Shown: one piece after another, positions 53,771 to 64,000 of the stretch
How the letters are laid out: each line of letters opens with the position of its first letter
Position numbering within the stretch: the first letter of the stretch is position 1
From: Mobula hypostoma
Lineage: Eukaryota
DNA: 64,000 nt
Assembly: GCF_963921235.1 (NCBI RefSeq)
Contig: NC_086097.1
Location: 205,222,001-205,286,000, forward strand
Direction: 5' to 3'
The notes under the pieces: generated by a model
What the model saw: only the letters and a program-made list of their open reading frames with translations
Told to the model about the DNA's origin: nothing
The model's database searches: none
Translations under genes and position numbers: made by a program

Positions 53771-54324
53771 GTAATTGCATAGAATGGTGATCAGGTGAGT
53801 GCTGGTGTGTGGATGTGGGTGCACTAAAGCAGGTATACTGCCGAGCCTCTGTGTGAATGAATGAACAAGAATTGGCATTGACTTGTATTGTTACTTGTAC
53901 CAAGATGTGGTGAAAATCTTTTGTTTGCATGTCATTAGGTCAGATCACTCATAAGAATATTGAAGAAAGAGAAAGAAAATGGAATGCAGAATGTAGTGTC
54001 ACAGCTACAGCTGCAGAGGAAGTGCAGTGCAGGTAAACACTAAAGGCCATAGGAACAGTTTGTGCAGGTGAATGAGAGAGTGAGTGTGTTTTAAGGAAAG
54101 ATACTGCAGAGAACAGATCGACTTGGAGAGTAGAGCTGTTGACGTAGTACAGAAACCTTAAATTGTAGTACTCACCTTGATGAGATTGTGAGATCATGAG
54201 TTTAATCTTGACACTTGCCACTAATGCAGGCTATACTGTATTGCTACAAGTGAAGAGCTCTGACAAACTCCTGCTAATGACACCAAAGGTAGTGTCCCCT
54301 GAACACAGTACATTGTTCCTGCAG

Positions 54325-54578
54325 ATGAGGGAAACATGAGGGGAAACTTCTTCACTCAGAGGGTTGTGAGGGTATGGAATGAGTTACCAGCACAAGTGGC
54401 ACATGTGAGCTTGATTTCAACATTTAAGCAAAGTTTGGATAGGTACATCGATGGTATGTGCATGGAGGGCTATGGTCCTGGTGCAGATCGATGGAAGGAG
54501 GCAGTTTAAATGGCTTTGACATGGACTAGATGGGCCAACTGGCCTGTTTCCCTGCTGTTCATTTCTATGACTCTATGA
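54325..54578 (+). mobile_element. Short CR1 3' end
   Basis: gggaaacttcttcactcagagggttgtgagggtatggaatgagttacc, ending in a (tctatgac)n tail. Confidence 0.8.
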
Positions 54579-56302
54579 TGTAGGCTACCTGCCTCTCCAG
54601 GTCCTTCGCATTGAATCTGGGAGCATGGTGCCTTTAAGATTGTATTGTATAACTGAGTGCCAGCAGGTGCAAATATTGAATCAGAGTTTATCAGTACCTC
54701 CTGCTGTTTCCGAATCAATAATGCAGAATATGTAACTCCTCATTTTCATGATCAGAAACCTGTCAATATACACAAGAGAGATGAACTTTCAAACTACCAG
54801 AAAGATTGAAAAAATAATTGTAAGGCCTTTGGAATAAATACAGCTTTTGGAATACATACTGTAATACTGAGAAGAGGACAATTATCTTTTAGTTCACATC
54901 ACTCCCATCAGATTTATTATAATCTGCTCTTTCTGTACTTCATGTGGAGTCATTTTACTAACAAACAGTTTTCAACTGACATTTGTCAACTACAGTTATG
55001 GATAGTAAACAATATTGTTTTGTTTTCATATCTTCCAGTCACCTTGGAAACATTAGATAGAGTAGTGGATTTGAATATCGGGAGAAAATATATCATTGTA
55101 CAGTACATCAAACCAACCAGGCTTACAATAATGATTAATTCTCCTTATGGGGTGATGCTGTAATTAAATGAGATGTTATCAGTCAATAATCATTTTGGCA
55201 TTTTCCATGGTCAATATTGTAAATCTTCTTATTTTCTGAGAAATTATTATCATTGGTATTAAAAATCTCCCATTCTTAATTATGTCTCCTTTATAGAAAG
55301 TAAAATTTCCACCATTGAAAATATAACATGCACTTTCAATTGCTTTTCATTGTGCAAATTAGCCAAAGCATATCAACTGTACATCAAGGGTAAACCAAAA
55401 GCAAAAAAATTACAGATGCAGAAAATCTGTAATAAGACAGGCTAAAAATACTTAGCAAGTCATGCAGTGTCTGTGCAAAGAGTAAAAATAAATGTTTCAG
55501 TTTGATGACTTTTGTTAAGCTCAATTGTTTTCAATAATTTCTTATTGTTCTAATTGTTATTATTTTCAACAATCTTACTAGTTTTGTCATGGGTGTTTAA
55601 AAGCTCATAACCCTTGTCAGGCTCCCCCCTATTCTCATCTCCAAAGACTGTCAGTAAGTTCAGTGAGTGAGATCTTTTTGCTGCTCTAGCCTCACCAAAC
55701 AGAGATGGGAAATGGAAGGTCATCTCATTCCTGTGATCAAGTAAGTGTGCCAGAACAGTGACCTACATTTGGCTTGATTCAGGATGCCAAAGATAATCCC
55801 AATATAACACAATGGGAGTATTTACATTTGCCAATAAGACTTTCAAATTGATTTCTTAGCCACAAGACAACATTAGGGTCTTACTCTGATTATTTTTATT
55901 CAGATTGCTGACTGGAACTTCAACTGAACCTAAGCCCAAACATGAACAAGTCAGCTGTGGACATATACTTCTGACATTTTACAATTTTCACACATTAGCA
56001 AACCTAGTATCTCTGGAAAGAAATTGCTTTTGTAGAGTGGGAGGATGGGCTGGAGAATTGATCTGTCAAGCAAGTGCAATAAAATTTTACAAAACGTTTA
56101 TAAGTGAAAAAAATTAATGCAGGTCTATGTCACAAAATTGCTTTTGAAACCAAACTGAAATGAAGTTACATTCACTCTCCAAGGTAGGTGATACATGCAA
56201 TATACTAATGGGTGCTCTTCCAAGGTTTGATTTATTTTATTGTGGCAGGGTTGAGGAAAATTTAAGTGTCGGGAAGTGTAGGGGCATGCGCTTTGAAAGA
56301 GG

Positions 56303-57068
56303 CAACTAAAGTGTAGGCTATTTTCTAAATGGGGAGAAAATTAAAAAAATTGAGGTGCAAAGGGACTTGGGAGTCCTTGCGCAGGATTCCTGAAAGGTTA
56401 ACATGCAGGTTGAGTCGGTGGTGAGGAAGACAAATGCAATATTAGCATTCATTTCGAGACAATTAGAATATAAAAAACAAGCATGTAATGCTGAGGCTTC
56501 ATAAGACACTGGTGAGGCTTCATTTGGAATATTGTGAGCAGTTTTGGGCCCCTAATTTAAGAAGGAATATGGTGACATTTCAGAAGGGTTCAAAGGAGGT
56601 TCATGAAAATTATTCCAGGATTAATAGGGTGATCATTCGTATGAGAAGTGTTTGATGGCTCTGCAACTGTACTCATAGGAATTTAGAAGAATAATGGGAG
56701 ATCTCATTGAAGCCTATTGAATATTGAAAGGCCAAAATAGAGTGAACGCGGAGAGGATATCTCCTATTGTTGGGGAATTTAGGACCAGGGGTACAAATTC
56801 AGAATAGAGAGACACCCACTTAGAAAGGAGATGAGGAGGAATTTCTTTAGCTAGAGAGTGGTGAATCTGTGGGATTTATTGCCATAGGTGGCTGTGAAGG
56901 CCAGGTCATTGAGTATATTTAAGGCAGTGCTTAATAGATTCTTGGTAAGTCAGGGCATGAAAGGTTACGGGAGAAGAATGGGATTGAAAGGGAATTAGAT
57001 CAGCAGTGATCAAATGACAGCGCAGACCCGATCGGCCAAATGGCCTGATTCTGTTCCCCTGTTTTATG
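56303..57068 (+). mobile_element. CR1 3' part
   Basis: tattttctaaatggggagaaa, gtgcaaagggacttgggagtcc and aggaatttctttagctagagagtggtgaatctgtgg, then a 3'UTR. Confidence 0.85.
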
Positions 57069-59620
57069 GTCCATTTTCCACTCAGCCCCAATCTCCTGCC
57101 TTCTCTCCATATCCCTCCTGCCCTGACTAGTCAAGAATCTATCAATCCCTGCCTTAAATAAACCCAATGACTTGGCCTCCACAGCTGCCTGTGGCAATGA
57201 TATTCGTAGATTCACCATTCTCTAGCTAAAGTAAGTCCTCTTCATCTCCATTCTAAGTAGACATCCTTCAATTCTGTGGCTCTGTCCTCTAGTGTTAGAC
57301 TGCTTCACCATAGGAAACATCCTCTTCATATCCACTCTATCGAGGCCATTCAACATTTGATAGGTTTCAATGAGATTTCCCCTCATTTTCAAAGGTTTCA
57401 AAGGTACATTTAATGTCAGAGAAATGTATACAATATATATCCTGAAAAGCTTTTGCTTTGCAACCATCCACGAAAACAGAGGAGTGCCCTAAAGAATGAA
57501 TGACAGTTAAATGTTAGAACCCCAAAGTCCCCCCCAGCTCCCCTCCCTTCCGTGTGTAAGCCGCAGCAAGCAATGATCCCCCCTCCCCTCCACTGAAAAA
57601 AAATCGACACCCGAGCACTCAAGCATGAGCAAAACAACAGCAAAGACACAGACTTGCAGTACTCCAAAGACCACTTCTTCACTCAGTATTCAACATACCA
57701 CAGGCTCTCTCTCTCGCTCCCTAATAAGGGAGAAAGAGATGTCTCCGTTTCACAGCGAGAGGGGAGACATAACAAACAACTCGTTGGTTTATGATGTTAA
57801 AAGTCCGTTGTGTCGCTTTTTCTGAGCTCTGTGCCGGAAGATCTTGGGTCCCTGTGCACACAGCCTTAGATCTTCCATCTCTCACAGCACACCGATCTGT
57901 CCGGACACCAAGCTTCGAACCGCCCGTCTTCAGAGTCACGAGATCTTGGCCCTCCGAAGGCAAGCTGAGCTCCTAGGCTGAGCCCTTGGTGTGCCGAATA
58001 ACGGCCAGTCGTGAAATTCCAAGAGCAGATCCCATTCCCACAAAGAACTGTAGTCAGCGTGTAACTCATGGTCAGGGTCTTCAAAAGATCTCTGAAAGTG
58101 AAAAATAGAGATATGCAGATGGAAATAGAGCTGTTTCCGAAGATCCAAGCAAAGGAGTTGCTGTTAAGCACAATTAATCCTCCTGAGCTCCTCCTTCATG
58201 GACTTTCTTTGAACTTTTTCCAATGTCAGTGAATCCTTTCTTAGCTAAGGGTTCTAAAACTGCTCACAATACTCCAAGTGAGGACTCACCATTGCCTTAT
58301 AAAGACTCAACATAGTATCCTTGCTTTTATGTTTTACATGTATGACTAAGAAAACTTGAAACTCTAAGAGAACATAATAACATAAGAAATAGGAGCAGGA
58401 GTAGGCCATCTGGCCCATCGAGTTTGCTCCGCCATTCAGTAAGATCGTGGCTGATCAGCCATGGACTCATCTCCATCTACCTGCCTTTTCCCCATAACCT
58501 TTAAAATCCCCTACTATGCAAAAATCTACCCAACCTTGTTTTAAATATATTTACTGAGGTAGCCTCTACTGCTTCATTGGGCGGAGAATCCCGCGGATTC
58601 ACCATTCTCTGGGAAAAGCAGTTCCTCCTTATTTCTGTCCTAAATCTACTTCCCCGAATCTTGAGGCTATGTCCCCTAGTTCTAGTCTCACCTGCCAGTG
58701 GAAACAACTTTCCTGCCTTATCTCATCTCTCCCTTTCATGTTATATTTTTCTATAAGATCTCCTTTCATTCTCCTGAATTCCAGCGCATACAGTCCCAGG
58801 CAATTCACCTCAACCAGGTTCCAGAGGTGAGCACCACCTCCAAAGGCAATACATCCTTCCTCAAGTAAGGAGACCAGAACTGCACACAGTACTCCAGGTG
58901 TGGCCTCATCAGCATAACCTCCCTGCTCTTAAATTCAATCCCACTAGCAATGAAGGCCGACATTCCATTTGCCTTCTTGATAGCCTGCTGTACCTGCAAA
59001 CCAACCTTCTGTGAATCATGCACAAGCACTCCCAAGTCCCTCTGCACAGCAGCATGCTCCAATCATTAACCATTTAAATAATAACTTGCTCGTTTATTTT
59101 TCCTTCCAAAGTGGATGAGCTTGCATTTAGAGGACATATTCCACCACAAAACAACCATCTCCCTAAACTTGATGACAAGAATTGATTCCATGTCAATCTG
59201 GCTCAATGAGTAGACTCAGTTTATCATGCAACATGTTCACCCCATCCCAGAATCAATTATCCTACACTTCTTCCTCAAATTAGCCCAGTGATTATTCCCA
59301 TTGCCCTTCTTAAACTTTGATTATTCTCCAGTCCTCTAGAATCGTGGCTTTGGCTAAAGAGGATACAAAAGTCACTGCCAAACCCTTAGCAATCTCCTCT
59401 CTTGCTTCTCCCAGTAACCTTGGATGCATCCCATGACCACATGGGGACTTATCTATCTTAATGGTCTTCAGCAGAGCCAACACCTCCTCCTTCTTGAAAT
59501 CAATATGTCCGAGAATATCAGCATGCTTTCACACTATTCTCCTCCTTGGTTAATACAGATGTGCAGTACTTATTTACTACCCCACCAAATTTATCTAGAT
59601 CCAGGCATAAATTTCTTTAA
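57069..59620 (-). mobile_element. Cluster of minus-strand CR1 fragments (57069-58330 interrupted; 58368-59130; 59130-59620)
   Basis: RGNLIETYQMLNGLDRVD, RPHLEYCVQFWSPYLRKDV and RGHSLKIRG. Tail (aacataag)n at about 58370. Confidence 0.85.
57388..58175 (-). mobile_element. Non-coding retroposon-like insert (unclassified) inside a CR1
   Basis: It interrupts the CR1 at cccctcatt / cctcctgagctcc. Tandem ttcaaagg repeats form a tail-like end, and the body is CpG-rich with no credible ORF. Confidence 0.55.
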
Positions 59621-60634
59621 ACAAACACACATTTGAAGATCTATTTGCATTACTGAGTGTTTGAAAAAGGTCAAATGTTATACCCAAGAGTTTGAATTTA
59701 TGTCACATTGAGATGAAACTTGCTTTGTGATGGTATTGGGTATACTGTCTACCAAGACCTAAACTCAAAAGATTTTAAGCCCTGTCCAGTACAGTATAGA
59801 TATCTATGAGTACCCTCACTATAAAGTGGTTATACTGTACTGTATCAGCTTACTCTTCAAAGTCTGGCTTCTTTCCCTATCTAGTCTCTACAGCAAGATC
59901 TAATTGCCAATACCCACTATTTGAGTGGTTCGTCACCCCACCCCACCAAGGAGGAGATACTGCCAGGTAACAAAGTCATTTAAACCTTTTTTATTTTATT
60001 TTTAATGATACACATTTAATTTAGACTAATAGTTCTTAACACACATAAAATTCACAGAGGATTTCTGATTTACAAAAGATTATTGAATAACAAGATTTAT
60101 AAAAACAACGAACTATTTCCAAACACAGGTACAATTCTTACAAACTAAAAAACATACTAATGAGTTGCAGATGAAACAGTCATCCATCGCAGAAACCAAA
60201 GATTGAGGAATGAATTCACATTCTTCTTTCTGTCACCCTATCTTTCTGCCATCCTCCTTGTAATTCCTAACAATCCCAAATGCTTTATAACATTTATGCT
60301 GTTTTGTTACTAGTTGGCATTATCTGCATATGATGTTCTTCAGATAGCTTTTCTGGGATAAACTAATTCACAAAGATGGGGGCGGATGGAGAGACATTTC
60401 TACCAAAGGAGGTGTAAGGCACTCTGTCCCTCCGGTAGCCTGCAGGTCACCCTTGGGCAAGATGTAGCACCTGTTTAGCCCCCTGATAAGGGTCATGTGA
60501 AACCTTGAGAGAAGATGATGGATGGTGGTCTGAGCAACTAGAACATATCACAATTTCTGGTTATGTGGCCACTGAAGAATATTAAAAGTGTCTGGAGCCA
60601 CCCGGCTTGTAAAGACACTGCCCAGCAGGAGGTG

Positions 60635-60850
60635 AAATTTGCTGTCGAACGCAGCAGGCCAGGCAGCATCTATAGGAAGAGGTACAGTCGATGTTTCGGG
60701 CCGAGACCCTTCGTCTCAGTCCTGATGAAGGGTCTTGGCCCGAAACGTCGACTGTACCTCTTCCTATGGATGCTGCCTGGCCTGTTGCATTCACCAGCAA
60801 CTTTTATGTGTGTTGCTTGAAATTCCAGCATCTGCAGATTTCCTCGTGTT
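60635..60850. mobile_element. PLE-derived fold-back mini-element
   Basis: Inverted arms at about 60639-60715 and 60724-60800. Flanked by tgcccagc at 60619-60626 and 60851-60858. Its end is the reverse complement of the 30368-30500 sequence. Confidence 0.85.
60717..60754 (+). ncRNA. Minimal type I hammerhead ribozyme with an intact core
   Basis: cagtc CTGATGA a gggtc tt ggccc GAAA cgtc gactg. Stem I is 5 bp (cagtc/gactg), stem II is gggtc/ggccc, stem III is the palindromic ACGT, and the GUC cleavage site ends at 60749. Confidence 0.85.
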
Positions 60851-61679
60851 TGCCCAGCGGAAAGTAATGGCAAACCACTTTTGTAGAAAAATTTGCTAAG
60901 AACAATCAGGGTCATGGACACAGCATATAACGAATGTGATCTAAAAGCTTCTGGGGACAGAGATCCCAGCTACTAAAAACTAATGTTGAAAGCTGACTCT
61001 CTCACTACACAAACATTCCCAACTATTGATTGATAACTATACCTGTAACCATGTTTGATGTGTTAAGTGACAAAATCAGTCTGGTCTGGAAGCTTCTTTG
61101 AACTCAGTCACAATGGTGCAAATAATTTTGCCAATGGTATCTGGCTTGATTCAGGAAGATCAACATAACCCTATTGTTTGACATTGATTAAATATAGGCC
61201 TATAACACTTCATTGTTGACTTGTTTACAACAGGAAGATGGGCAAGGAATATTGTTTAGAATTTTAATTTTGTCACGCAAACAGCTCTGACACTTTGGAA
61301 AGGTCATGCTGCTGTGCTGGGAAGTTTGAGGTCAGCAATAAATCTCACGGGCCCTGCAGAATAAATATCCTTCACAGTTGCGCATGGCTTGTGATGTCAT
61401 TAGGGTGCATGAATGCTGCTACGGACAATGGGATACGAATTGCATGTGGAAATGTCTTAGTTTCCTGATGGATACAATTTCCCTCAGAAGTGCTTTCTGT
61501 CACTATTTAATTTGGTTTAAATTGTTTGCATGTGGGTTGTGCACATGAAAACATATGGTAATGAGACTTATTTCTAGGTTCTTGTGCATAAGTCTTCAGA
61601 ACTTATGTACAACAACCTAGAAGTGGGATTCATTGCCATATGAAGATGTAGTATATATGCAACTGTTCAAAATGCCATT

Positions 61680-62462
61680 CCTGCCCCTACACCTCCTCCC
61701 TCACTACAATTTAAGGCCCCAAATAGTCCTTCCAGGTGAGACAACACTTCACCTGTGAATCTGTTGGAGTACTTGGGGGTTCCGGTGTGGTGCCCTGTTT
61801 ATCAGTAAGACCCGACATAGATTATGACATTGCTTCGCTGAGAAGCTATGATCTGTCTGCCAGAAAAAGTGGGATCTCCCAGTAGCCACCCATTTCAACT
61901 CTCCTTCCCACTCACATTTCAACATGTCAGTCCATAGCCTCCTCCACTGCCATGATGAGGCCACACACAGGTTGTAGGATATTCTGTCTGGGTAGCCTCT
62001 AACCTAATGGCATGAACATCAATTTCCCGAACTCCTGGACATTGCTCCCACTCCTTCATCATTCCCCTAGTCCTGTTTCCCTCTCTCACCTGATCTACTT
62101 ACCTACCCATCACCTCCCTCTGGTGCTCCTCCCCTTTCCCTTTCTTCCTCAGATTCCTGCCCTCTCCTGTCAGATCCTCCTTTCTTCAGCCCTTTATCTC
62201 TTGCACCAATCAACTTTCCATCTTTCTATTCACCACTTCCCTTCTCCCAGTTTCACCTGTTACCTACCTCCTTGTACTTTTTCCTTCCCTCCCTCCACCT
62301 TCTTGCTCTGATCTTACCTTTTTTTCCAGTCCTGATAAAAGGTCTCGGCCTGTAATGTCGACTGTACTTTTTTCCGAAGATGCTGCCTGGACTGCTGAGT
62401 TTCTCCAGCACTTTGTGTGCGTTGCTTGGATTTGCAGCATCCGCAGATCTCCTCGTGTTTGT
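61680..62462 (+). mobile_element. Penelope-like element 3' part: GIY-YIG endonuclease remnant plus terminal repeat with a decayed hammerhead
   Basis: Frameshifted translation: CPYTSSLTTI.GPK.SFQVRQHFTCES, CGALFISKT, DLPVATHFNSPSHSH, LGSL.PNGMNINF. A pyrimidine-rich 3'UTR follows, then cagtcCTGATAAaaggtctcggcctGTAAtgtcgactg at about 62326-62364. Confidence 0.85.
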
Positions 62463-64000
62463 TCAAAAGCCCATTTCTTACTTTGAAATAAGGCAGCAGA
62501 ACTGCAGCAGATGCACTAATATTTTCAAATTCCACCTGCCAACAAATTTCCACACAGCGATAAAACCTGTGAGGAAATTGTGGAGCAATCAGCCTGCCCA
62601 GAATACTGGTTGGGTTGGTAATGTGTGCGGCTCTTGTGTACTCTAGAAGTCTGTAACATAGGCAGTGCACAGAAGACTGAGTGTGTCACCAGTGCTACCA
62701 AAAATTTAAATGATCCAGCTTAATGCATGTTCAATACTCACACAGGATCCTCTCATTAGCTACAGTTAACCAATTTCACTGCAGATTTGGTGTTGAATAC
62801 TGTATTATCTTGAGGTGTCTTGAGAGAAATCTGCAGTTGAAGGTAATAGTTTAAATGTTCATTAACAAAAAATTCAGTGGGCAGAGTGGCATTTGTGGGG
62901 GGGAAAGAGATTGTTAACACTTCAGATTGAAACATTCATCAGGACTAAGGGGATAGTGGGGAGTGAGCAAGGTGCATAGCAATTGAATTGTAAGCTCAGG
63001 AGCAGGTCACTTTGTAGCATCTGTAGCCGTTTAACAAACTCACTCCACCTGTATTAGGTCACCTTGGGCTCCAGTCTCACCATTCTGCCTCTCATCCTTA
63101 TATTGACCATCTCCCCTCTCCCTACTCACTTCTGATGCAGGTTTTCAACTCAACACATGGACAATTGCTTTCTTTCCACAGATGGTGCTTGAGTTCCTCC
63201 AGGAGTTTGTTTGCTACTCTGATTCCAGTATGTGTAAACTCTTGGTGTCTCTAACTTTTTCTTCTAATGGTGGCAGCTAAATATGAATGCTTTGGTGGTC
63301 TTCTCTTAGAATCCTTAGGGGAAATTGACAAACAAATTAAAAAGTGTAAGGAACTGTGTGAGAAGAGGAGGAGAGGACACATAATTAAAACTGCATTACT
63401 GGTTCTCCCTTCACTATTAGTGGTTTTTATCCAGAGTATACCAGAGCTGCATGCTGTAATTCCCATCGCCTTGATCAACCCACGACTGACACTGGTGTGA
63501 GACCACACATGGCATGGGGCTTGATTGTGCCAAACCATTTTCTGAAGCTGCTTGCACACAATAGGGTTTGCCATAATCTTCCTGTACCTGACCCCACATT
63601 AGCTTCTTATTTTACATCTCCTCCGTGGCAGGCTATTATACAACTGTTCTGTAGCAACCAAAGGGAGAATTCCTTTAAGGTATGATCATTTTCCCAGAAA
63701 TCAGCATAGCAGCAGCTGTGAGCTATTCAAGCAGTTCTTGTTTGAAACCAGCAGGTCTGGTTTTAGCACATGATTTGCTGGCTAAAATGAATTTTTCCTG
63801 ATTTTGTAATTTTTTTCCCTGGGAAATAATTAGACATCGGCACTATATGCAGCACATGCCTAGCACATTAAAGGAAGATGAAATTCCAATTCCAGCCATT
63901 TTGAAAGGAGGTCCTCAAAATGCAATGCCACATACTGCACGCACAAAGATCTGGTCAAATGACCTGCCTGTGGCAGTGGAGATTATTGTTTCTATGAATT

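Larger units (their letters stand above)
60377..60935 (+). mobile_element. Probable RTE-related short element interrupted by a PLE mini-element
   Basis: GC-rich structured head and an RTE-like 3' motif (aatggcaaaccactt). The sequence is continuous across the tgcccagc duplication. Confidence 0.5.

Noticed and set aside
60377..60500. HDV-like ribozyme at the head of the RTE-like element
   Set aside because: Local hairpins are visible, but I could not build the nested double pseudoknot with a catalytic C. An RNAMotif search would be needed.
60684..60716. Second functional hammerhead on the minus strand
   Set aside because: The core is truncated (GAGACGA instead of CTGANGA) and the 5' strand of stem I is missing.
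63251..63685. Overlapping short ORFs as a host exon
   Set aside because: No recognisable domain and no convincing pair of splice sites.
1..64000. CRISPR array, rRNA or prokaryotic operon
   Set aside because: There are no regularly spaced repeats, rRNA-like sequence or operon-like gene density. The content is vertebrate TE sequence.

Overview
This is eukaryotic, repeat-dominated vertebrate DNA. It most likely comes from a cartilaginous fish such as a ray or shark; that is an inference from the CR1-dominated landscape and an HE1-like V-SINE. Nearly every ORF in the track is a decayed piece of a transposable element or its antisense shadow. The elements present are: many nested CR1 LINEs (one near full-length, with an SGNH-esterase ORF1 and an APE-RT ORF2); several Rex1/Babar LINEs; an L1-clade ORF2 fragment and a putative L1 3' end with a 13-bp TSD; a complete 2.8-kb Buster/Charlie-type hAT transposon with an 8-bp TSD; RTE-related short elements; two solo-LTR-like inserts; a tRNA-derived SINE; and Penelope-like (PLE) material. 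The most notable non-coding signal is a family of PLE-derived fold-back mini-elements carrying minimal type I hammerhead ribozyme motifs (CTGATGA...GAAACGTC). The copy at 60717-60754 has an intact core. Neighbouring CR1 copies show patchy near-identity and shared indels, which suggests local conversion or duplication. No host protein-coding gene could be identified; a few weak exon and enhancer candidates are flagged. Most TE boundaries are approximate unless a TSD is quoted.
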